This document shows positions 1 through 8,700 of a DNA stretch of 64,000 nt, piece by piece. How positions within the stretch are numbered: the stretch's first letter is position 1; each line of letters starts with the position of its first letter. The notes beneath the pieces were generated by a model. The model saw only the letters and a list, made by a program, of their open reading frames with translations, searched no databases and was not told the origin of the DNA. The stretch lies in contig VRVR01000055.1 of NCBI GenBank assembly GCA_009859145.1, positions 84,062 to 148,061 of the forward strand. The letters are read 5' to 3'. The DNA is from Andalucia godoyi And28. Lineage: Eukaryota > Protista > Jakobida. A program made the position numbers and the translations under genes.

Positions 1-360
1 CTGCGACAAATTACCAAGCGACGGCGGAATCGATCCCGTCAACTGGTTAGAATCCAAGTACAAGATCTGAAGCTGCGACAAATTACCAAGCGACGGCGGA
101 ATCGATCCCGTCAACTGGTTGTAATCCAAATACAACTGCTGAAGTTGCGACAGATTACCAAGCGACGGCGGAATCGATCCCGTCAACTGGTTAGAATCCA
201 AGTACAAGATCTGAAGCTGCGACAAATTACCAAGCGACGGCGGAATCGATCCCGTCAACTGGTTGGAATACAAGTACAAGAACTGAAGCTGCGACAGATT
301 GCCGAGGGACGCAGGAATCGATCCCGTCAACTGGTTGGAATCCAAATACAACTGCTGAAG
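1..360 (-). repeat. Tandem array of five near-identical 72-bp units (one 24-aa LRR each)
   Basis: Units start at 1, 73, 145, 217 and 289, with a more diverged sixth at 361. The core cgacggcggaatcgatcccgtcaactggtt is identical in units 1-4 and partly changed in unit 5. Most differences fall in the last ~24 nt of each unit (plus strand). Confidence 0.95.
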
Positions 361-1206
361 GTGCGATAGATTCCCAAGTGAAGCGGAAATTGTGCCAATT
401 AGATTGTTTGAACGTAAATGGATATAAACAATGTTCCCAAGTGAATCACAATTGTATCCGTCAAGCGGAATAGAGCAGCATGCATTGGAAAATTGCAGGG
501 GCAAAGACGGTCCCCAATTGATCGGATACCAGTTCGGACCACCTGTACTCGCATATAGATCAACAAGCACGGCACAGTCTGGTGCATACGAAACAGAGCT
601 GAAAGAACGAACAGAAACACCCAGAGCCAAGCCATCGTCATCGTTCACAGAAAGTAGACTACGAGTTCGACGAGCTTCAGCACGACGAAAACTCAGCTTT
701 TGATGCATTTTCTTTCCAACAAATGGTTGTCCAATCAGGTTCACGGCTGACTCAAGATGGATCGATTGAGCAAACATCGACTTGTGCAAACTGTCATCTG
801 AACGACTCGTCGAAGAATCTTGCTCACTAGGAAACGCACCTTTAGGAATAACGGTCACACCATCCCTTTCCGATCGCTGAAGCCGACTGATTAGCCCGGT
901 AGCAAACCCAAAGATGCTGTCTTCTACCGTTCCAAGCATCGCTGCATCGAAATGCCGTTCCAACTCTTCCCACCAGCTTGCATTTCTCACAGTTGCGAGC
1001 AACATCCACCGTGTCGAATCCGAGGACAAATCCACATGACGTCCAAAGCTATCCCGCAAAAGTTGCTGTTTGAGCGGCAACACAACACTGGGAGGAAGCA
1101 ATCCGATTCTTCCCTCAAAAACAATCTTTGTGGGAGTGCAGCAAACCAGGCAGCAAGTTGATGACAACAGAAACAAGAAAAAAAGACCGAGGGAGGCAGC
1201 GAACAT
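1..1206 (-). CDS. LRR receptor-like protein, paralog 1 (5' part; continues beyond the left edge of the window)
   Basis: Manual translation of the minus strand from ATG at 1206 is open to base 1 (missed by the ORF track because there is no stop). It gives signal peptide MFAASLGLFFLFLLSSTCCLVCC, the motifs GRIGLL, VRNASWW and VEDSIFG shared with the paralogs at 5741 and 15109, the cap APDCAVLVDLYASTGGPNW..ACC..C, then LRRs LQxLYLxxNQLTGSIPxSLGNLSQ. Confidence 0.9.
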   Translation of the reverse strand, partial: MFAASLGLFFLFLLSSTCCLVCCTPTKIVFEGRIGLLPPSVVLPLKQQLLRDSFGRHVDLSSDSTRWMLLATVRNASWWEELERHFDAAMLGTVEDSIFGFATGLISRLQRSERDGVTVIPKGAFPSEQDSSTSRSDDSLHKSMFAQSIHLESAVNLIGQPFVGKKMHQKLSFRRAEARRTRSLLSVNDDDGLALGVSVRSFSSVSYAPDCAVLVDLYASTGGPNWYPINWGPSLPLQFSNACCSIPLDGYNCDSLGNIVYIHLRSNNLIGTISASLGNLSHLQQLYLDSNQLTGSIPASLGNLSQLQFLYLYSNQLTGSIPPSLGNLSQLQILYLDSNQLTGSIPPSLGNLSQLQQLYLDYNQLTGSIPPSLGNLSQLQILYLDSNQLTGSIPPSLGNLSQ

Positions 1207-1377
1207 CACGAAATGAATGTGGGAAAACTACGATTGAAGAAATTTTTATAAACTGATTCGGCTTTTGCGAAGTTTAAAGGTTGCACACCCAGCGCATCTC
1301 AAGCAGACAAGGAGGGGGGAGGGGGGGAGCTTGGAAATTGCAAACGAGGCGGTCCTGGAATCAGGACTACTGCCCCA

Positions 1378-3541
1378 CAGGGACACGCCGGTTAACCTAA
1401 CCGAGCCAAATCCGGTTATTGGTTAACAACCGGTTAACAACCGGTTAAAATCCTGGCATAATGCAATCTGGGCGGAGATAATCGATCCCAGCGACTTGCA
1501 GCATTTTATTTCCATTTCCTCCAATGTTTTTATTTTATTTTTTGATGATGTCAGTATTGTTTCTTTTTCAGCTTTGTCATCTCTTTTGAAACAATTCTTC
1601 CAATGGTTGTTTTGTCTGCTGAAAGAAAGCAAGCTCTGGTTGCGCTTCTCGCTTCTGAGGGGTACAAGACCGTGGAGAATTGCCGTTCATGGGTAGGACC
1701 GTATTTCATGATCGATGCCGATAAAAAGCATGCACGATGCCTCCTCTGCGCGCATGAAGACAAAATTTATCGAATTCGATTCCAGACATCGAATTGTGCA
1801 TATCATCTACAGCACTCTCATGGACTGCCCCTCCCTTCCGAAACGTCGGTTTCCGGTCCTTCGACGGTGTCTAGTTTGCCCTCCCTATTCGAGCGGATGC
1901 GAAAGAACGAAGTGCAGCGAAAGACACTGCTCGCTTTAGCTTTTGCTGAGGGACGCCTTTGTTACAGCATTCTACGTGTACCTTCTGTCAGGAAAGCTTT
2001 TGGCATAAGTGTTTCAGAGCATACTATGAAAAAAGAAATTCGCAAGCTGGCAGCTGAAGTTCGTTCTGAAGTACTTCAACGCATCAAGAACAGTTATGCA
2101 GCTTGTCTCATGTGTGATTCTACACAAGCTGATAATACAACCGGATCTTGGTTGAACTTTTGTGTGGTGTACGGAAAGCAGTCGTTTTTCTTCAAGGGAC
2201 TTCTATGGACAGAATCGCTTACCGGGGATAGAATCTGTGAGCTACTGCGGCAGGTTGTGGAAGAGATTGAAAGTAGTGCTAGAGTTATTGTTGTTTCGTT
2301 TTGCTCGGATAACGGTTCCAATTTTGTTAGCGGCATTGAGGGGTATATAGCGCAGTATCGTCCATGGGCGTTCTTCGTCCGATGTGCTGCGCATTCTATC
2401 CAACTCATTGTGAAAGACGCCATTTCACAACAGCTGCCTGACATAATGCAGCAGATGGCAGCGTCTCTTGCACCCTTTCGGCAACAGCAGGTTCAAAAGA
2501 TGTTTCGAACTGTCCAGGAAATGCAGCCGGCGACGACAGCGCTGAGAATTATTAAACCCGTTGAAGTTCGGTGGAACTCTTTTTACGATGCAGCAAGGCG
2601 TATTCTGGACCGCTGGCCCGCATATGTAAGCGCCGTGAGTGGTACTACTGTTGCTGGTCAGTTTTGTACCGAAACGTGGAAGAATAAGTTGACCGCCTTC
2701 TGCACCGCAATGAAGCCATTTGCTGCTGCCACCGATGCAGTTCAAGCAGATGCTTTCCAGGTGATTTCCTTATGGGACGTTATGTCTAAAGCCGGTAGCG
2801 AAGTGGTAGAGATTGCACGTTCCACGGAAGATTCCTTGACTCGCGAAATCTGCATCGCACTTAAGAATGCATATTGCTCGCGTTGGCATTCAAACTTGAA
2901 TCATTCGCATTTGTCGACTATCCTCACTTTTTTGGATCCTGGAAAGCGGCGGACGCTGAACATCCAACGATTGCAGATGGATTCCCGCTCCAAATTTGTC
3001 AGTTTTTGTCTTGGATTCATTCTTAAGAAAGAGTCCCCATCATCGACTGAAGTTGCCGTTCGTACAACCGCAATATCTTTGCAAATCGAACGCGAGTTGG
3101 GAGATTATACCTTGTCTGCTAATGTATTCTCCCATCTACGTTCTTTCGAAACAGATTTCATTACTTACTGGACCGCTGCTCTTAACCGTGATTTGCTTAT
3201 TGCTGGTGCGGTATTGGCTATGGCTGATATTGCATGCACTCAGGCAGATGTTGAACGTACTTTTTCCGTCGAAGGACAGCTTGTTGATGGAAGACATAAC
3301 ATTTCATTTGAATTGTTGGAATGCGAAATGACGATCCGATTAAATGCACGGCATGTATTGGGGGATGTCATGGAATCCCTGAAGCGGGACACTGCAGAAA
3401 TGAGTTCTTCTTCACTCAGCGGAGACGAAGAGGTACAGGAATAAAACATTATTGAGTTCTCATTACATACATAGGTTTTGGTGATTACAATGACATATCA
3501 GATAAAATAATTACAACAATTGCATATTATAATGATACATA
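1378..3541 (+). mobile_element. hAT-superfamily DNA transposon (left end tentative, right end not found)
   Basis: Contains the hAT transposase ORF. The putative left end CAGGGACACGCC at 1378 is followed by clustered subterminal motifs (ggttaac/accggtt, 11-bp ccggttaacaa repeats, 1389-1447). No matching right TIR or 8-bp TSD was seen. Confidence 0.6.
1603..3444 (+). CDS. hAT transposase with N-terminal BED zinc finger
   Basis: BED-like W..F....ARCLLC...TSNCAYHLQHSH; catalytic-type motifs CDST, SDNGSN, RCAAH (CxxH), RWNS; C-terminal dimerisation motif ACTQADVERTFS. The 613-aa ORF is uninterrupted. Confidence 0.9.
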   Translation: MVVLSAERKQALVALLASEGYKTVENCRSWVGPYFMIDADKKHARCLLCAHEDKIYRIRFQTSNCAYHLQHSHGLPLPSETSVSGPSTVSSLPSLFERMRKNEVQRKTLLALAFAEGRLCYSILRVPSVRKAFGISVSEHTMKKEIRKLAAEVRSEVLQRIKNSYAACLMCDSTQADNTTGSWLNFCVVYGKQSFFFKGLLWTESLTGDRICELLRQVVEEIESSARVIVVSFCSDNGSNFVSGIEGYIAQYRPWAFFVRCAAHSIQLIVKDAISQQLPDIMQQMAASLAPFRQQQVQKMFRTVQEMQPATTALRIIKPVEVRWNSFYDAARRILDRWPAYVSAVSGTTVAGQFCTETWKNKLTAFCTAMKPFAAATDAVQADAFQVISLWDVMSKAGSEVVEIARSTEDSLTREICIALKNAYCSRWHSNLNHSHLSTILTFLDPGKRRTLNIQRLQMDSRSKFVSFCLGFILKKESPSSTEVAVRTTAISLQIERELGDYTLSANVFSHLRSFETDFITYWTAALNRDLLIAGAVLAMADIACTQADVERTFSVEGQLVDGRHNISFELLECEMTIRLNARHVLGDVMESLKRDTAEMSSSSLSGDEEVQE

Positions 3542-3543
3542 TA

Positions 3544-5297
3544 ACCCTTTCCCGGGCCTAGTTGTCCCGCTTGTACGGCAGTCATGAGGCGAGCAAACAG
3601 TCAAATTCAGAAAACCTCTGGTTCTATTTCAGCGAATTCCGGCATTTTCAGTTCTGTTTTTAGCCTCCTTCTCTCCCTCCACATTTTTTTGGGCGCCATA
3701 CAAAACTCCACAGCAATGCTTTCCTTTTCATGCACCCCTTGATGGGGTTGTTTTCCTTTTGTAAAGACGACTGCAGGAATATGGAGACCACCTTGCCAAG
3801 CAATTCCAATGTCCTTCGTGTTTCGGAGGACAACCGTCATCCGGAGAATGATACGCAGATCGTTGCACGTAGAAATGTGTCTCCAAATCGTCCTTCCAAG
3901 TATCGAAAATACACCCTGGAACAGAGACAGAGGGTGTGCGAACTTTATGAAGACGGCGATGATATGACAAAAGTGGACACAATCTTGAATGTCAACCCAA
4001 AGACTGCATCGGAATGGATCCGAAAGTACGAGCACACAGGAGAGTGTGCGCCTCACCAGCGGGGCGGTGCCCGACGATGCATCATTGATGAGCTCATGGG
4101 CAAAGAAATCGAGACATTCTTTGCAGAGCACAGTGCTGCTACTCTCGATCAGTGCGAGGCATATTTGGCGACGAAGTTCTCGGAGACCATTCTCGACTCC
4201 AATGGAAATGCAGTGCGGAAGGAAACCAGACCGATACCAAAGCCCACAACGATCTGTGATTATGTGAACAAGCACGGCCTGTGCTTTAAGATTGCGAAGG
4301 TCATCGTGCCACAACAACAACAACCGGATGACCAATTGATCGAAAAACGAAGAGCGTACGCCGAATGGTTCTGCCACCTTCCACTACGTGCGCAATCACG
4401 AGTTGTGTTTGTTGACGAATTCTACGTGGACTATCGGTTGCATCGCTCAAAGGCTCGGGGTGCCACCGGTGTAAAGCCACGTGTGCTCATCCCAGCCAAA
4501 CAGAACGTGAAGCTGAATATCGTGGCCGCGGTCTCTGCCGATCTCGGTGTTGTTTTGTACAAGACGTACGCGGCACGTGATCTGAAACAGTTCACGAAAG
4601 AGAAACGACGCAAGAATGGTGAAAACAAGGAAAATGAAGAAATTCGCTCTTCAGTGTCCACTGCAGCTGCTGGTGATGATTCTGTGCGAGGAACCACCGG
4701 ACAACTGTTCCAAAGCTATTTGATGGAATTGAAAGCAAAGCTCATGAAGAACGGAGACGATGACCGATTCGTGATTTTCGACAACTACCGGACACATGCA
4801 GACAAATTCACGCTTCCTGCTTTCGAAGGATCGCGTCTGGTGCCGCATTTTCTTCCTCCGTGGTCTCCATTTTTGAATCCAATCGAGAATGTCATCGGAC
4901 ATGTGAAAGGAGTGATACGTACCGCGTGGGCAATGCTGTCTACGAGTATTGAGCAAGTGGCATCTCATGAGTTGCAGCCATATGAAAAACTCGCGCAAGC
5001 AAGAGAGAGAATTCTTCGAGAAATTCTGGATGACGCATTTCATGCAGTATCCGTGGAAGCTGTAAGCTCGTACGCTGAGAAGTCTCGTTCATATTTGCCG
5101 GATTTATTGCAGAAGAAACCAATAACAAACTGGGACTGACACAACCAGTGCCAGCAGCATTTCCAATAAAAAACCTTCGTAACCAGGTGGCTGAAAAGCA
5201 GTCCAACGAGCTGAAGTTGAAAATTGGAAAAACTGTAAATTCAGGACACTTGGCTTGTATGAGCAGAAGATGTCCTGGATGTGGCTCGGGAAAGGGT
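3544..5297 (+). mobile_element. IS630/Tc1-mariner DNA transposon with 15-bp TIRs and TA target duplication
   Basis: Left TIR ACCCTTTCCCGGGCC (3544-3558); right TIR reverse complement ACCCTTTCCCGAGCC (5283-5297), 14/15 match. TA flanks at 3542-3543 and 5298-5299. Confidence 0.88.
3730..5139 (+). CDS. IS630/Tc1-type DD34E transposase
   Basis: N-terminal HTH (YTLEQRQRV...VNPKTASEWIRKY); VFVDE, IFDNYRTH and LPPWSPFLNPIE with 34 residues between D2 and E (counted). The start could be the downstream Met at 3781. Confidence 0.92.
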   Translation: MHPLMGLFSFCKDDCRNMETTLPSNSNVLRVSEDNRHPENDTQIVARRNVSPNRPSKYRKYTLEQRQRVCELYEDGDDMTKVDTILNVNPKTASEWIRKYEHTGECAPHQRGGARRCIIDELMGKEIETFFAEHSAATLDQCEAYLATKFSETILDSNGNAVRKETRPIPKPTTICDYVNKHGLCFKIAKVIVPQQQQPDDQLIEKRRAYAEWFCHLPLRAQSRVVFVDEFYVDYRLHRSKARGATGVKPRVLIPAKQNVKLNIVAAVSADLGVVLYKTYAARDLKQFTKEKRRKNGENKENEEIRSSVSTAAAGDDSVRGTTGQLFQSYLMELKAKLMKNGDDDRFVIFDNYRTHADKFTLPAFEGSRLVPHFLPPWSPFLNPIENVIGHVKGVIRTAWAMLSTSIEQVASHELQPYEKLAQARERILREILDDAFHAVSVEAVSSYAEKSRSYLPDLLQKKPITNWD

Positions 5298-5740
5298 TAG
5301 TGTACTCATGTCGGTGGATGCTCCGAATAGCTGGCAGTATTAATAATTAAACGTTTCGTCTTGTTCTCTTCGGTTTCCTTGTTCGGATCGCACACTCGTA
5401 ACAAGAGAACGCACTCCATGCATCCTTTTCCGAGTATCTTTGTCGAGCCTCACACCGTATTGATTCTCCATGGACGCAATCATGGTGGCAGTACCGTTTC
5501 AGGAATACCAGGTGCGATTGCAGGAAACAATAGGCGGGGAGATGTTTCCGTCCCACACAACCTCGGCATTTTCTGCTCTGGCACACGATGTCATGTGCTG
5601 TCAGCAGCCCATCATCTCTGATCGACACGATGTGCAGCAAGGATCGCTCTCGAGGATTTTGGAAGATGATTTCCGTTTCAATCTCTCTTTCCTTCCTCGT
5701 TGGTCTTCCCCAAAAAGCGAATGTATTCATCCGTGTGCAA

Positions 5741-8700
5741 ATGAAGCAAGCATTGTTGTTTACATTTATTTTGTGCTTGCTTTACGTTCTTGGTCTCGTC
5801 TTTGGACAAAATCGCTCGGCAGCAATTCACAGCTTTCGCGGCAGAATCGGCCTTCTTTCTCCCGCGATCGCAGGCCCTGTCAAGCTCAAAGTTGCCGCTC
5901 AGTTGTCGTGCTCATTGTCCACGGATGCGGAACCAAATGCGTGCATTTTGGCGAGAACGGTCTGGAACTCGTCGTGGTGGGAAGGGGTAGTGCAACTGCT
6001 GGACTCTGCGACCATTCGCTTGGTTGAGGATAGCGTGATTGGACATGTTCACGGATTATTGGACTCAATGGCCACCATGCACAATGTTGCGGTCAACGAT
6101 GGCAATGCTGTGGATGTTCCGAACCACACATTTCCCGAAGTACCAATGGCAACACAATCAACAGCCAAACCAAGGTACAGAGCGAGATCTCGCAGATCGA
6201 CTGCAGCGGGGTATGAAAGTGTCCTTCCAAAGGCTTCACAACGACGGATGGACACAGCAAGTCGGCGGACCCCCTGGAAGGATGTTTCACAGAAATGGAG
6301 AATCAATAACGAGCATCCTCTGCGCAAAAATCGGAAGTTCGAGGTTGTGAGAATGGATGCCAGAGAGCATGTGGCGCTGTCTGCACCATCTTATGAACCG
6401 GATTGCAAAGTGCTGATGGACTTGTACGACTTCACATCTGGCCCTCAGTGGAGTCCTTTCAACTGGGGAAGCCCACTGCCCTCGAATTTTTCCACCGCGT
6501 GCTGTTCGTTGAACCTGGGAGGCATTTTCTGTGAACCTGGAACAGGAAGGGTTCTCGAAATCCTCCTTTCTAGTAATGGGCTTGTGGGAACGATCCCCCC
6601 ATCTCTTGGCAATCTTGCACAACTTGAGGAATTGTGGTTAGACGGAAACTCATTGACTGGGGCTATTCCCTCTTCTCTGGGGAACCTGTCATCGCTTGAA
6701 GTGTTGGTACTGTTTTTGAATCAGCTGACGGGGTCCATTCCGGAATCATTGGGAAACTTGTCGTCGCTTGTAGCCATGGATCTTGATTCGAATTCATTAA
6801 CGGGAGAGATCCCGAATTCGATAGGAAAACTTGTCAAACTCACTTTTCTTGCTTTGTTTTCGAATCAGTTGACTGGGCGCATCCCGTCCAGCCTTGGAAA
6901 CTTGAAAGGCCTCCAGAGCCTGCAGTTAGCGGAAAACCGATTGACAGGATCCATTCCGAATTGGATCGGGGGTCTTCTAAACTTACAGGACCTACGATTC
7001 GAGGCAAACGATTTGAGTGGTTCTATCCCCGATTCCCTGGGCAATTTGTCTGAGCTGCAAGTGCTGGTTTTGGTGGGTAACAGATTCACCGGTCCGATTC
7101 CAGCATCTTTAGGAAGCCTGTCTTCTTTGAAAACATTAGAATTGTGTCCGAACGGACTGACCGGATCCATTCCTTCTACGTTTTCGCGATTAACAGCACT
7201 CCAGCGTTTGCAGTTTGATTCCTGTGGCTTGACGGGGCAGGTGCCAGATTTGTTTCGTTCGATGTCAGATCTTGAGCTACTGACACTTTCTACGAACAAT
7301 TTCGAAGGCAAGCTTCCCGATTCATTGCAATTTCTTCAAGACTTGCGATACTTGGATGTTAGCGCCAACAATTTCGACGGTCCCATTCCGTCGTTCATCG
7401 GCCAGCTCGGCCAATTGCAGACCTTGGACCTTCATGGAAACAAGTTTAGTGGTCCTATTCCTGTTTCCATCGGGAATCTATCTCAGTTACATTATCTTGA
7501 TTTGCACTCGAATCACTTCGAATCCGCGATTCCGGACATTATTGGGTCGCTCTCTCAGCTACTAACATTGGATTTGTCGTCAAACAACCTGGTAGGTACC
7601 ATTCCGAGCAGTATTGGAAGCCTGACTCTGCTTACTTCGCTGAGCTTGCATGCAAACCTGTTACAGGGTTTTCTTCCGGATTCGCTGGGAAATCTTGCGG
7701 ATTTGCAGTTTCTTGATCTCAGTGTGAACAATATTTCTGGTTCGTTTTCGTGCTTCAGCTTGCCTCCGAACATTCAGTCTCTGAACTTGCAGAACAACCA
7801 ATTGTTTGGAGCCATTCCCCAATGCATTTGTAATGTGCAGTCATTGAGTTTTTTGTATTTGGGAGTCAACCATTTCTCTGCGTTTCCTGATTGCTCGACA
7901 CCTTCACTTTCGTTGCTGGATTTGTCGAGCAACAACATTTCATTCTTCCCATTTGATCGAATTGTCGAATTCCAGTCGCTGAAATCGCTCGATCTTAGCA
8001 ACAATGTCCTTCATGGCAAGTTTCCATTGAATGTCTTTCTTGGAGGATTGCGGCTTTCGTCGCTCTCTCTTGCTTACAATAATTATGAGGATGCTTTACC
8101 CATATATGGGTGCAGTTTCTGGAATGGAGATCAAGTCATGACTGTCAATGGTTCCACCGGTCTGGAAGTTGTGGACCTTTCTGGGAACACAATTACGGGC
8201 ATTCCTGGGTTGTACGACGTCACCACAGGAAAACCCTGTGGATTCCCGGGGTATCCTTCGCTGTCAGTACTCTCCCTACAACACGTGGCTGCACCTTCTC
8301 TGTTTCCTGGTTCGGTTGTGAATCTGGCCGGTTCTCAAGGTTTCTTTCCTTACCCTTCGTTCTCGCTCTTGGACATATCTCGTATTGCTCCTGGCTTGGT
8401 CTCTGTTGATGTTTCGCACAACGATTTGGATGCACACCTCGACTATGCGCTGTCCTTGCCTTTGCTGGTCGCGCTGGATTTGTCACACAATCGGATCGCT
8501 CGATTGTCGAGTCTTCCTGAAGCAGACAAAAGGCGGTTTTCGTACGATCCGACGACGTTCTATGCATATAGTGTACAGATGACTTGTCTTCAAGCGCTAG
8601 TGGATGGTGACACACAATTCCAGGCAGATCCGTCCTTCTTCGACTATGAGAATTGTGTGTGTCGATTGGGGTACTTTGGGAAACCGCCGAACTGTTCGAC

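Noticed and set aside
1-360. CRISPR-like array (constant part plus variable part)
   Set aside because: The period is exactly 72 nt, the units are in frame within an LRR gene, the variable parts are similar to each other, no cas genes are present and the context is eukaryotic.
3542-5299. piggyBac element
   Set aside because: The flanks are ATAA and TTAG rather than TTAA, and the transposase has IS630/Tc1 DD34E motifs.
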